Below are positions 31,956 to 42,283 of a stretch of 64,000 nt of DNA, one piece after another; positions within the stretch are counted from its first letter, which is position 1, and the number at the start of each line of letters is the position of its first letter. This DNA comes from an uncultured Nitrososphaerales archaeon. Lineage in GTDB: Archaea > Thermoproteota > Nitrososphaeria > Nitrososphaerales > Nitrososphaeraceae. The position numbers and the translations under genes were made by a program. Under the pieces are notes generated by a model. It ran no database searches and was not told the DNA's origin. It saw only the letters and a list, made by a program, of their open reading frames with translations. The stretch covers positions 32,001-96,000 of the forward strand of contig CAWJCY010000004.1 in assembly GCA_963841565.1 (NCBI GenBank), written 5' to 3'.

Positions 31956-32592
31956 TCAAAAAATTCTATTCGCAAGGCGACCCTCGCCCTTAACCCCTCT
32001 CACTATCATGCTGATCCCCACTATTATGAGAGTGATAGAAAGCATGAAGACAAGAAGCATCAAACCGAAAGTGGTTGGATTTGCAATTATCAGAATGGCT
32101 ACTACAATACAAAGAATTCCGACACCTACACTGAGGTATTTCCTGGTGGCCCGATGAATATCTTCTTCCCTAAACGCATGTATAATGCGAACAACTCCAA
32201 TAACTAGAAGGGCTATTGCGGCTAAAACTATCAATAAAGCTGCACTAAATACTGGAAACTCCATTAGCACAATTGATAGGGCGATGATCAAAAGTCCTAG
32301 CGCAATATTCGCAATTCTTGAAGAGTTGTATTTTGATGGCTTTATTGTAGTGGCTGCTGCCAGCTGTCATAGTTGTCGTAGTTGAGGTAGTTGCCGTAGA
32401 GGTTGTTGTTCTAACCACTCCGAAGCAAATTCTTTCAATACCTATGACTAGTAAAGTGATAGATAAAATAAGAACAGTCGTTGAAATAGAGGACCCTGGA
32501 ACAAACAAGATAATCGCAGCTAACAAAACAGAAATCGAACCCAGTACAATCTGGAGCATTCGCAACCAAGGTGGGGTCCTCAAAATTTGCAT
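31956..32592 (-). CDS. DUF308/HdeD-family membrane protein (copy 1), one-base frameshift near 32361
   Basis: PPWLRMLQIVLG...IGIERI; removing one G in GCTGGCA joins the two ORFs; Thr/Ala-rich loop insertion. Confidence 0.75.
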
Positions 32593-32699
32593 TATTTTTA
32601 TTCTTCTAGTACCACAGCATCAGGCGGTCCTATATAAGTATCTCGCCGGCCTGCAACCTTGACACAAGATTAATATATTATACCTTCTTAACCGGCGAC

Positions 32700-34259
32700 A
32701 TATCAACAGCACACGATAGCAGTACGGCCACTAAATCTGAGGAAATATCTTTTGCCGCGTGGAAGTCGGCCATTATACTAACTGGAACTACATTACTCAT
32801 CCTCTTCATGCATACTTCTCTATCACCTGCTATTCCTGCCATAGGTGAAGATATGGATGTGGATCAAGCCCTTGCTTCATGGGTTATGTCGATTTACATG
32901 ATAACCGGGGCGGTTATGACTATCCTCATAGGGAAATTCAGTGACATATTTGGAGCAAAAAAAATGTTGGTGCTTATGATGGTAATTTATACTGCTGCTA
33001 CCGCAGTTGCTGGTTTCAGTCAAGATATTTCTACTTTATTGACTATAAGAGCAATTCAGGGTATCGCTATTGCTAATACACCAATAGCTCTGAAAATAAT
33101 AAGGGATCAGTTTCCAAAAGGAAAGTTTTCAATTGGACAGAGTATTGTAACTTCTGCATACTCAGGAGGAATGGCAATAGGTGTTGTATTAGGACCAATA
33201 ATAGTGGCTTCTATTGGTTGGCAATCAATATTCTTCATGTGTGCACCCATTTCGGCCATTCTACTCTTTTTGTGCTGGCGAGTATTGCCAGTGGATGAAT
33301 CTGCCAAGATATTGGAACCTGGTACTTCCAGCCCTAATAATATTGATCCTGGTAGAAAGGATGGCGTCATCGACAAGAATGGAGCAAATAAGAAGAGAGC
33401 CAGATTAAGTTTGGATATCAAAGGAATAATTACCATGTCTGTTTCACTAGTATCATTTCTAATAGCAATAACTAACAGCGGCTCTCTATCAGAAAATCCA
33501 CTGGGATTTGTCGTGCCGCTAGTTATAGGAGTTATTTCACTTATATTGTTCATTCTAGTAGAGAAAAGGGCTAAATCACCACTAGTGCCTCTGAAGTTAT
33601 TACTTTCGCCACCTATATTTGCCGGGAATATAGCAATGCTAATGTTTGGTATCATACAATATATCATCATTACAGCTATTCCACAATTAGGTGCTGCACC
33701 TCAAGGATCGGGTCTGGGATTAGATCCAGACCTTGTGGGCTTGTTACAGCTCCCATTATCATTGGCAGTATTGATATTTGGTCCAGTCTTTGGAGTATTG
33801 TTAGCAAAGAAACGTAGACTTAATACAAAATTGCTCGTTCCGAGCATGGTGATAATGTCAGTATCTTTTTTGCTCGCTACAATATTCCATGAGACGTCAG
33901 CTGACGTTACAGCTTCACTATTTCTATTTGGAATAGGTGCTGCACTTTTGCCTGTCACACTGATTAACATAATCATAGCACTAACTCCAATGGAGTTAAC
34001 AGGTATATCCTCCGCTGCAACCAGTGATATGAGAATAATTGGAGGAGCTATAGGCCCTGTAATAGCAATTGTTATCATAACATCTATTCTGATACCAATT
34101 GAGGTGGACGGTGTTACCGGCCAGTACCCGAGCCCTTCGGCTTTTAATATTGTTTTCATTGTGGGTCTTGTCTTGGCAATTGTAGCTACAATACTTGTAG
34201 TACTTATGCGTGGGCCAGCGGTAAGAGCACTGAATATTGCCGAACAAAAGCAGTTGTGA
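32700..34259 (+). CDS. MFS transporter (DHA2-like)
   Basis: GKFSDIFGAKK motif A, many TM helices; frame is open upstream of ATG 32808 and encodes the expected TM1, so the start is placed tentatively at ATA 32700. Confidence 0.85.
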   Translation: MSTAHDSSTATKSEEISFAAWKSAIILTGTTLLILFMHTSLSPAIPAIGEDMDVDQALASWVMSIYMITGAVMTILIGKFSDIFGAKKMLVLMMVIYTAATAVAGFSQDISTLLTIRAIQGIAIANTPIALKIIRDQFPKGKFSIGQSIVTSAYSGGMAIGVVLGPIIVASIGWQSIFFMCAPISAILLFLCWRVLPVDESAKILEPGTSSPNNIDPGRKDGVIDKNGANKKRARLSLDIKGIITMSVSLVSFLIAITNSGSLSENPLGFVVPLVIGVISLILFILVEKRAKSPLVPLKLLLSPPIFAGNIAMLMFGIIQYIIITAIPQLGAAPQGSGLGLDPDLVGLLQLPLSLAVLIFGPVFGVLLAKKRRLNTKLLVPSMVIMSVSFLLATIFHETSADVTASLFLFGIGAALLPVTLINIIIALTPMELTGISSAATSDMRIIGGAIGPVIAIVIITSILIPIEVDGVTGQYPSPSAFNIVFIVGLVLAIVATILVVLMRGPAVRALNIAEQKQL

Positions 34260-34505
34260 CGACCATCCGTTTCTTGCAGGAAAGCATCTTATATCCTCAT
34301 CTCTTAAACCGATCTAGTTATACAACGTAATTCCATTTCATTTATCTTTACCATTATTGGTGAGATTAACTTTCGAAGCACTTAGGCTACTTTATCTTGA
34401 AAAAGCTCTAAATAGATGAAATAGATAGAGACAAATGAAATTATCTTCCACTTTAACACGGCACTGACAATACCCTTATAAACACCTCGAGAGAATTTTC
34501 TTCAA

Positions 34506-35246
34506 ATGTTCGAAGTTCAGCTTGGTAAATATGCATTTAATTTTGGATTATTGGTAGTCGATATGCAAAACGGATTTGTCAGCAAAGGAGGATCCTACGA
34601 GCTACTGGGAATGAATACCGAAGAATATAGAAAAATCATACCCAAAACCAAGGAGCTGATAGATTATTGTAGAGCAAATCTAATTCCTGTTTTTTATACC
34701 GAAGCTATTAGAGAACCCAGTGGTATAGATCTCTTAACTCGAGTTCACAGACTGCTTCCAGTAACGCGAGAAGAACGACTAAAAGTACCTATATGCGTAA
34801 GGGGAACATGGGATGCGAAAACTATTGATGAAATCGAGCCAGCAGATTCTGATCATGTCGTCATTAAACGAAGAGACTCTGCCTTTCAAGATACCGAATT
34901 AAGGGTCTGGTTACAAAGCGAGGGAATAAATACCCTAATTATTTGCGGAGTCGATACATCAATATGCGTAGAAACGTCATTGCGAGACGCTTTTAATATC
35001 GGATATGATGTAATTCTTATCTCAGATGCAACAGCGTCAGGTATTAGTAAACATTATGAAACAACTTTGGAAAGAGTTCGTGATTACTATGGTTTGGTTA
35101 TGACAGTAGAACGATTCTTTCGTATAGTAAATAGCTTGAAAAAAGTTATGGCTGGAGAGGTCAGGGTTGAAGATATTTCGAAGGATGTCATGACAGATTT
35201 CTTGAAAGAGTTCAATTTATTGGACATTCAGGAGAGAACTGAATGA
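34506..35246 (+). CDS. isochorismatase-family cysteine hydrolase (RutB-like amidohydrolase)
   Basis: VVDMQNGFVSKGG, IKRRDSAF, GVDTSICVETSLRDA: Asp-Lys-Cys triad. Confidence 0.85.
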   Translation: MFEVQLGKYAFNFGLLVVDMQNGFVSKGGSYELLGMNTEEYRKIIPKTKELIDYCRANLIPVFYTEAIREPSGIDLLTRVHRLLPVTREERLKVPICVRGTWDAKTIDEIEPADSDHVVIKRRDSAFQDTELRVWLQSEGINTLIICGVDTSICVETSLRDAFNIGYDVILISDATASGISKHYETTLERVRDYYGLVMTVERFFRIVNSLKKVMAGEVRVEDISKDVMTDFLKEFNLLDIQERTE

Positions 35247-35561
35247 ATTGACATGCATGGATCATTTAAGGGTCTACACATCAATGTTTTCTATGATGAA
35301 TTGGGAGAGGAATACGCACCCCCCACAAATCGGAGATACCTTACCAAACTGTCCAATAGACAAGAATTAGTTCTTTACAGTATATGTTAAATTCTGGATT
35401 AGTTGGCAGCGCTCTCAACAACAAAAATAGCGATTCAATTCAAAAATGAGCAGGATGAACCCTTAATGTAAAAATTAGGTCAGCGTACATCAGCGAAAGC
35501 TTCTATCACTAGTTTCATGACCTCATAACGGATCTAGAGTGTCAATAGTCTATTTTTATAA

Positions 35562-36116
35562 TTACCGTCCAGAGGTCGGCAGCCTCATTCTTCTTCCTTT
35601 AATTCCAGCAATAACCATTTCTATTCCGACTATCAGCACGGCTATTGCGATTATGAGGCCTACGAATGCAGCTCCAAATCCAGGTGAAACCATTATCAAG
35701 ATGCCTAGGACAATTTCCAAAGCTCCTACACCAATACGGAATCCTCTTGACCAGCCTCGGCGCTCTTTGTCTCCAAATCCATGCACAAGTCTTGAGATAC
35801 CATCTATAAGGAGTACAATTCCGATAAGTATTAACACAAATACGCCTACTGCCGATGGAAATGCAATTACTATTAGTGAGAGTATGATAACTAAGATTCC
35901 TAAACCGATACTCGCCATACGAGATTTGCTCTTTACAAAGAGCCCACTGATAACACTTTCAATACCTACAATTAGCAAAAGGATTCCTATAATAAAGATA
36001 ATTGTAGTCAAAACGGCTCCTGGAATAACAAGAAGCGATATAGATATGATTATAGCGAGCACTCCCAAACCTATTTGAGAGGCACGAACCCACCCTGGAA
36101 CCCTTAAATCACTCAT
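35562..36116 (-). CDS. DUF308/HdeD-family membrane protein (copy 2)
   Basis: PGWVRASQIGLG, GIESVISG, DGISRL, GWSRGF; ~6 TM helices. Confidence 0.8.
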   Translation of the reverse strand: MSDLRVPGWVRASQIGLGVLAIIISISLLVIPGAVLTTIIFIIGILLLIVGIESVISGLFVKSKSRMASIGLGILVIILSLIVIAFPSAVGVFVLILIGIVLLIDGISRLVHGFGDKERRGWSRGFRIGVGALEIVLGILIMVSPGFGAAFVGLIIAIAVLIVGIEMVIAGIKGRRMRLPTSGR

Positions 36117-36398
36117 TACTTACATGAGGGATCGAGGGTGTATAAATTGTTTTTGATAAATCGGATACAGTATTAATTAGCTATTTATCATCTGATAGAT
36201 TGCTGTAATTGCTATTTGTAAGCTCTCAAAATTTCTTTAGAGGTAACTTTTTCTCTCATTAGGCAGTGTCTTGCTAAATTGCCGTGGGTCCTAGCTTTTG
36301 TTTCCAATCTGATCCAGGAAGTAATTTGAGGAATGAGCATTATTTGAGTTTCGGAGCATCTTCTAATTTTCAATTTCATCAAGTGTCGTAAGCCTCCT

Positions 36399-36458
36399 TT
36401 CTCATGGATGAGGCAGTAAACGAGAAGTCATTCTCATGGATGAGGCAGTAAACGAGAA
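36399..36458. repeat. two exact 28-bp direct repeats (period 32)
   Basis: TTCTCATGGATGAGGCAGTAAACGAGAA at 36399-36426 and 36431-36458, spacer GTCA. Confidence 0.9.
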
Positions 36459-36731
36459 ATAATAGTAGGATACATCGGTGATGATAATGGGGACTAATTC
36501 ATTTCCAATTTGGTATATGATGGTCCCTTTTGCTACAAGATCCCTATGACAGTTGTGGAAATCAGCAGCTTGATGTTTGCTTCAGGATTCTGCAATATAA
36601 CAAACTGAGGACCTATGCTCCAATATTTAGATTTGGTATCAATTGGCGAAATAGATCTAGACAAATCTATCATATTGTTTTGTCTATTTACTTAAATAGG
36701 TCCTGAATGCATATGCAACGTAAATTAAAAG

Positions 36732-37311
36732 ATGAGTTCAGTAAAGGAGCCGGGTTGGAAAAGAGGCAGCACAGATTGGATTAGGTATTCTTGCAATAAT
36801 TGTCTCAGGAGCAGCGTTGTTTTTCCCAGGTTTAACCGTGATTTCACTTGTTATCCTACTTGCAGTGGTGCTAATTTTCGTCGGTATTGAAAAAATCATA
36901 AGTGGTATTTTTATCCAGCACAAGTCTAGATGGGCATCAGTTGGTCTAGGAGTTATAGTAATAATTCTTGCTGGTATTGCCTTAGCTTTCCCTGTCGGTG
37001 CAACATTATTCCTGATATTCCTTCTGGCATTCGCATTGATGTTCGACGGCTTCGCACGGATTATTCATGGATTCACTGACAAACAGCTTAAAGGATGGTC
37101 TAGAGGGTTTAGCATTGGTGTAGGCATTCTTGCGGTAATCATATCAGTAATGATCTTAGTATCTCCAGCCTTCGGAGTGGTACTTGCTGGCTTCTTCATA
37201 GGAATAGCGCTGATCATAATTGGTATCCAGATGATCGTTGCAGGTTTCTCTGGAAGGGAAACAAACATAGTACCTACAGGGTTTAAAGATAGATTATCAA
37301 AGGATTCCTAA
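36732..37311 (+). CDS. DUF308/HdeD-family membrane protein (copy 3), one-base frameshift near 36765
   Basis: ATG 36732 MSSVKEPGWKR; removing one G in AGAGGCA gives AAQIGLGILAII...FFPG, joining ORF 36817; closely similar to copy 2. Confidence 0.8.
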
Positions 37312-37602
37312 AGGATCGATACAGTTGACTGTTAGCTAATTGAATGCAGTGTATGGAGTAAACAATTAATTCCAAGCTACGGTAATGACATCAAGGTACA
37401 TGAATTGAATTCGTCATATATCCATTATTGTGGCATGCACTTCAACCAATTAAAATTTCAATGACATATTCAAATAAGCCATTGAATCCATCATTCTTTG
37501 GTTGTTCAATCTAGAGACCTATTTCATGGCAATAGTAATAACATGGTAGTAGAGAAGTGAATTCGGTTTGATTTCTCAATCATATAGGGAATACAATTAT
37601 TA

Positions 37603-38193
37603 ATGGCCACTCAATGCCTTTATAAAATTATGAAGGAGGTATCAGCCCGGTCCCAATGGCTTAGAATTCTTCAGATTGCCATAGGATCAGCAGCCATTAT
37701 TCTGTCAATAACAGTTATTGTAGTACCGAAACTTGCTCCCATAACAGCAATGATTGTTTTTGCTATAGTTCTGTTCACGGTCGGAGTAGAGAGGATCGCA
37801 AGTGGAATTGGGACAGAATATCTTTCGAGAAGGTCAAGGATGATAAATATTGGGATCGGCGCGGTTATACTATTCTTTGCAATTATCACTATTGCCTTCC
37901 CTCAAAATAGCATAAAATTTCTAGTTCTGATTGTGGGATTAGCATTACTCTTCAATGGGGCCATACGCGTAATAGATGGAATTAGAAAGTCTTTTCCGCG
38001 TCAATCACAGCGAATGTTTCGTATAGCAACAGGAGCAATATGTATTGTATTGGCTGGGTTCGTACTCACTAACCAACAAGTCGGGATTTTTGTAGTGGTG
38101 GTAGTTATGGTTGTGGCGTTGGTCATCCAAGGAGCAGAGATAATTTATGCAGGAATTAAGGGAGAAAGAACTCGACTTATTGGTAAGAGATAA
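37603..38193 (+). CDS. DUF308/HdeD-family membrane protein (copy 4)
   Basis: QWLRILQIAIG, GVERIASG, NGAIRV, AGIKGER; likely start ATG 37630. Confidence 0.8.
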   Translation: MATQCLYKIMKEVSARSQWLRILQIAIGSAAIILSITVIVVPKLAPITAMIVFAIVLFTVGVERIASGIGTEYLSRRSRMINIGIGAVILFFAIITIAFPQNSIKFLVLIVGLALLFNGAIRVIDGIRKSFPRQSQRMFRIATGAICIVLAGFVLTNQQVGIFVVVVVMVVALVIQGAEIIYAGIKGERTRLIGKR

Positions 38194-38325
38194 ACAGATG
38201 GTGTAACGCTTATCGATTGCTCAAATTGAGGGAGAATTAAGATCTCGTCTTCGTTACATATGATATTTTAAGTGGTTTTTAGACAGCTCTGACCTGAACT
38301 CAATTTATTCTCTAAATACTTCTTA

Positions 38326-38541
38326 CTACACAATGTCGATAATGTCAATCCAATGAATGTACTGATAGCATTCGGTGCACATATCTTTTTGGTCCGTATG
38401 CTCGCAAGAATATGTAACATAGCATTCCACGCTACACCTAGCACACTTTTTTTGTGTCAAGTGATGTGACAATCTGTAATGTGCGAGCTTTAAATAAGCA
38501 TGACGATCTGAGCTCGTTCTTGGCCATTGTGCCGAGGTCAT
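38326..38541 (-). CDS. small putative zinc-binding protein
   Basis: 71 aa with CARC...CEH...CTEC. Confidence 0.5.
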   Translation of the reverse strand: MTSAQWPRTSSDRHAYLKLAHYRLSHHLTQKKCARCSVECYVTYSCEHTDQKDMCTECYQYIHWIDIIDIV

Positions 38542-39330
38542 TAAACCGTAACGTCATAAAATGCGGGTACTAACTAATTTTTTGATTTTTACCGACAACT
38601 CCCGCTTGCAAATCAAGATCGATTGGTCATATGACGGAACATCCTCTATACCGCCGATTTATCTTTTGGATTAGATCATGAAAGCTATCTTTTTCGGTTT
38701 TTGGTGATCTCGGTGCGAATTTTATATATTCTTCTCTTTGCAAGTCCCTCAGAGGGGCTTCTTGAGATTTATCTTATATTCTAATATTGCCTCTTTCATC
38801 TTGTAATATTCGTCCATTCATTATTCGCATATAATTGAGAGACAGTAGTAGTTGACCCCCTAATTTGACGCGGGTGAACAATCGCAGAAATGGACCTGTC
38901 GAAATTATATTCGTGTCGACGAGATCCGGATCGGCATAGCGGATTTTGGTTAGTCCATTAAAGTTACATCACCGCTTCTTACAAGATATCATACAATATT
39001 ACCCTAGGCGCTGTGTAAGATGACCAAAAAATCTTTTTGGTACCGACCCCCCCAATCTTTTTTTGTTTTTCCCTGAATTCGCAAGGTTGGACCGATTTTC
39101 CTTCATGGGTATATAGTCGTCTAGTGTTCTCATTTATAATTGCCAAGAGTAATACTGAAATAATGCTTATAAAGTAATCTTTTCCTTGGCACAAAGTCTT
39201 TTAACAGAATACTTTGGACTCGAATCGTTAACAGTCATTGTCTTTGCTCCATTTTTTGGCCCATCTATCGAAAGTTCAGCAAATGGTTGATACGGTTGAT
39301 ATAAAAACAAGCTGATATGACCTCTTAAAC

Positions 39331-39663
39331 ATGGCAGATACTTTATGGAGCATAGTTCTCTTTGTCATAGGACTTGTAATTTCGACAGTCATAATTTACA
39401 TTGTAACTAAACTATTTGGAGAAAAAGAGGGAATAAAGCATGCCTTTGGGGCTGCTCTTATAGGTTCGGTGGTTTATAGCGTAGTCTACTTCATTTTTGG
39501 CCACAGCTTCCTGGCTGCTGTAGCCGGGGGTATTGTATGGCTCCTCGCGCTGAAGGCTCTATATAGTTTCGGTTGGTTAAGGGCATTCATAATAGCTCTG
39601 ATTATTTGGGTGATTTCTGGAATAGTAGGACTCATCATACCCACCGGGCCAGGCCCGTTATGA
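39331..39663 (+). CDS. small 4-TM membrane protein
   Basis: 110-aa hydrophobic ATG ORF with TATA-like GATATAAAA upstream. Confidence 0.75.
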   Translation: MADTLWSIVLFVIGLVISTVIIYIVTKLFGEKEGIKHAFGAALIGSVVYSVVYFIFGHSFLAAVAGGIVWLLALKALYSFGWLRAFIIALIIWVISGIVGLIIPTGPGPL

Positions 39664-40057
39664 ATCTTACATTATGAAATCAACTTAAGTCAATGGGTAG
39701 TCCTATGATGCGGGCATCATCAGCAAATAGAATAAGAGAAGCGACAATGTATAAAGCAGCATCTGATGTTATCATGTATAAGGGTAATGCAACATTACTG
39801 AACAAATCAGGTCATTTTTTCCTCAAGGATTTTATTTGCAGACACCCCATCGAAGTAAAGTCGTCCGAATTGATGAACCTGGCTCGAGTGCATCTGCCGA
39901 TCCTAGTTTGTCCTTTTGTATTCAATGTTATGAAGAAAGTGATATACTTAGCATATTAGCCATGCACATTGCACGTTTTTCACAAATTTATGACGAAGAC
40001 TGTCGGGACGAAATTACTCTGAATCTCACAGAAAAACATCAATCAGGCCACATCTAG

Positions 40058-40549
40058 TTACTTGTGCAACGCGATCTCGTGTTTTAGTCTTGTCGTAAGA
40101 TTCTCAATTTCAATTGGTTTGTGGATCAGACAGATATCAGAGTCATGTTTATTATTCGGAAATAAATCCATAAGGATCTCGTAATACTCATCGAATGCTG
40201 TAATGAAACAAATTGGTGGAGGGATCGCATTAGCATTCGTTGCTAGCTTCATGATTTCTTTTGTCAATTCCACCCCATTGAGTTCGGGCATCTTTACATC
40301 GATCAGCAACAGGTCATACGGCATGTGAACAGGTGATTCATCCTTGTTACCATAAATGGTCTTAAAGATTGAAAGAACAGTAAGGGGGTCAGAGTATGCT
40401 TCTATTGAAAATCCACTATCCTCCAATCCCAGCTTTAGCGTTCGGAGTATGTCCTTGTTGTCATCTACAACCATTACATGATATTTTGGGTTCAAATCAC
40501 TACTCTCACCGTGCTTGTTTAGATTTTGTTGCTTCTTGAGGTCTATCAT
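40058..40549 (-). CDS. stand-alone response regulator receiver protein
   Basis: VMVVDD, LLIDVKMPELNG (phospho-Asp), FITA, IHKP. Confidence 0.88.
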   Translation of the reverse strand: MIDLKKQQNLNKHGESSDLNPKYHVMVVDDNKDILRTLKLGLEDSGFSIEAYSDPLTVLSIFKTIYGNKDESPVHMPYDLLLIDVKMPELNGVELTKEIMKLATNANAIPPPICFITAFDEYYEILMDLFPNNKHDSDICLIHKPIEIENLTTRLKHEIALHK

Positions 40550-41016
40550 ACTCCTGGCCGTCCTTAGATATCCAACGAATTAACTCCATAATGTGGCCTA
40601 TAATGTGACGCATTATATTGCCTCTTAAATAAGGAATAAGAATTACAAGTTGATTTACAATATAAAAGCTCAATAATAATTGCAATCAATGCACCACAGA
40701 TTTAGCACATAATCAGATTTAAGCCTAGTGAAGATCAGTGTAAGGCTGATAAAACGAATGACGCTTGCACGCACGGACCACAAAGCAGCTGAGGTAGGGA
40801 ATAAGGCGGAATTATGAGCTAACCCAATCAAGGAAAAGATGGGATGCATTAGAGGCTACTGCAGACTATGAATCCAATTCACTACTATTTTTCATTCTGA
40901 ATATGACATAATTCCCACTTTTGGAAAGAGAGAAACTTACCTGCAATAATTGTGATGATAGATGATATACAGAAGCATTAATCAATGTAAATAAACCTCC
41001 CTGATGATAATCCCCT

Positions 41017-41790
41017 TTAGATAGTGAACGAATCAGCAAACCTCCTTTGACGCATTTGCCTAGATCTCTTTAGATCGATATCTACAATTATTGTTTGCTC
41101 TCTAACAGCTGCTCCAGTCTTAATTTTGGGGGTTGCAATATCGGTGCTCCTGTCATACTTGAGGTCCACTATCATACTCCTTCCACCAAATATACCTCCG
41201 CACACATTCGAGGCGACAACAGGAATTCTATTTTCCAGGGCTCGTACCTGCAAATACAAATGCCAGGGATTAATACCTGTTTTTGGTATTTTTGATGGAA
41301 AGAAGAGTAACTCTGCACCCTCACGAACAGCAGATCTTGCTATCTCTGGAAACACTAAATCATAACAAATAGGCACACTAAACTTAAGTTTACCAATTTC
41401 AAAGACCTCCATTTTTGAGCCTGGTTTTAGCGTCTTCCTTTGATCGCCAAATAAATGAATTTTGAGTTGCCTTCCTAATATGCTTCCATTTGGGGTAACA
41501 ATAGGACATGACACAAAAGTATCGTCACAAATTTTTTCTTTAAATGCCCCAGGTATTATCGTGAAGTCGTATTCCCTAGCTGCATCGATGATGACCTTGA
41601 ACTCTTTTTCAAAATCTCTAACTACTTTAGTGTACCAAAGTTCAGGTAGGCAGACGATCTCTAATTTCGCGCCATATATATCAGACGCTTTATGAAAGAG
41701 ACTTTTCAGATGCTTAAGTATCAGTTCATCACTCGGAGCGGGTCCGAGTTTATCATATTGCTGCAATTGGATAAGGCCGATATTGACCAC
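41017..41790 (-). CDS. carbon-nitrogen hydrolase (nitrilase family)
   Basis: LPE, KIHLF, ICYDLVFPE (Glu-Lys-Cys), RALEN. Confidence 0.9.
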   Translation of the reverse strand: MVNIGLIQLQQYDKLGPAPSDELILKHLKSLFHKASDIYGAKLEIVCLPELWYTKVVRDFEKEFKVIIDAAREYDFTIIPGAFKEKICDDTFVSCPIVTPNGSILGRQLKIHLFGDQRKTLKPGSKMEVFEIGKLKFSVPICYDLVFPEIARSAVREGAELLFFPSKIPKTGINPWHLYLQVRALENRIPVVASNVCGGIFGGRSMIVDLKYDRSTDIATPKIKTGAAVREQTIIVDIDLKRSRQMRQRRFADSFTI

Positions 41791-42190
41791 AGCTAGAGAT
41801 CTGCCCCATCAGTAAATATTCATTTACAATGAATGACGGGTGGTAGATTCATATAACGTAGAACTTCCTACGAGAAGAGTTTCTTATCCGAAATTAAGCA
41901 GGTGATTAAAGTAACTTTAGCAAAAAAGATGGTGGTGAGAAAGGGGAAAGCACCGAAAATTTGTTAGCACCTCAGTGGATTGCGATAATGATCGAACTTC
42001 TATCCCTCGATTCTACATACTACCAACGAATATGTTAGAAATAGTAGTGACATGAATAGCCAGAATATATTTAGCACTGACTCCAGTTAATCACTTGAGT
42101 TAGTTTGAATACAGTATCAACAGAGAAATGAACTAACTTTGTTCCGCAAACGGTTATTATGTCTATACTGTATCTGATTTGACTCACAAA

Positions 42191-42283
42191 GAATAGGCGT
42201 GAGTTTCAGCCCAACCTATGTCCGAGCAATTGGACGGCCAGGGGGAAGAAAATCTAGCTAAAACAACCCCTGGTCGCCTACTC
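42191..42283. ncRNA. candidate structured RNA (multi-stem junction)
   Basis: Closing stem GAATAGGCG/CGCCTACTC enclosing GTCCGA-GCAA-TTGGAC and CCAGGGG...CCCCTGG hairpins in a gene-free AT-rich gap. Confidence 0.35.

Noticed and set aside
33107-36078. Long antisense ORFs (33107-33670, 33701-34159, 35539-36078)
   Set aside because: Typical stop-poor shadows opposite hydrophobic membrane-protein genes
36399-36458. Mini CRISPR array or hammerhead/C-D box RNA
   Set aside because: Spacer is only 4 bp; lacks intact CTGATGA/GAAA or RTGATGA/CTGA cores
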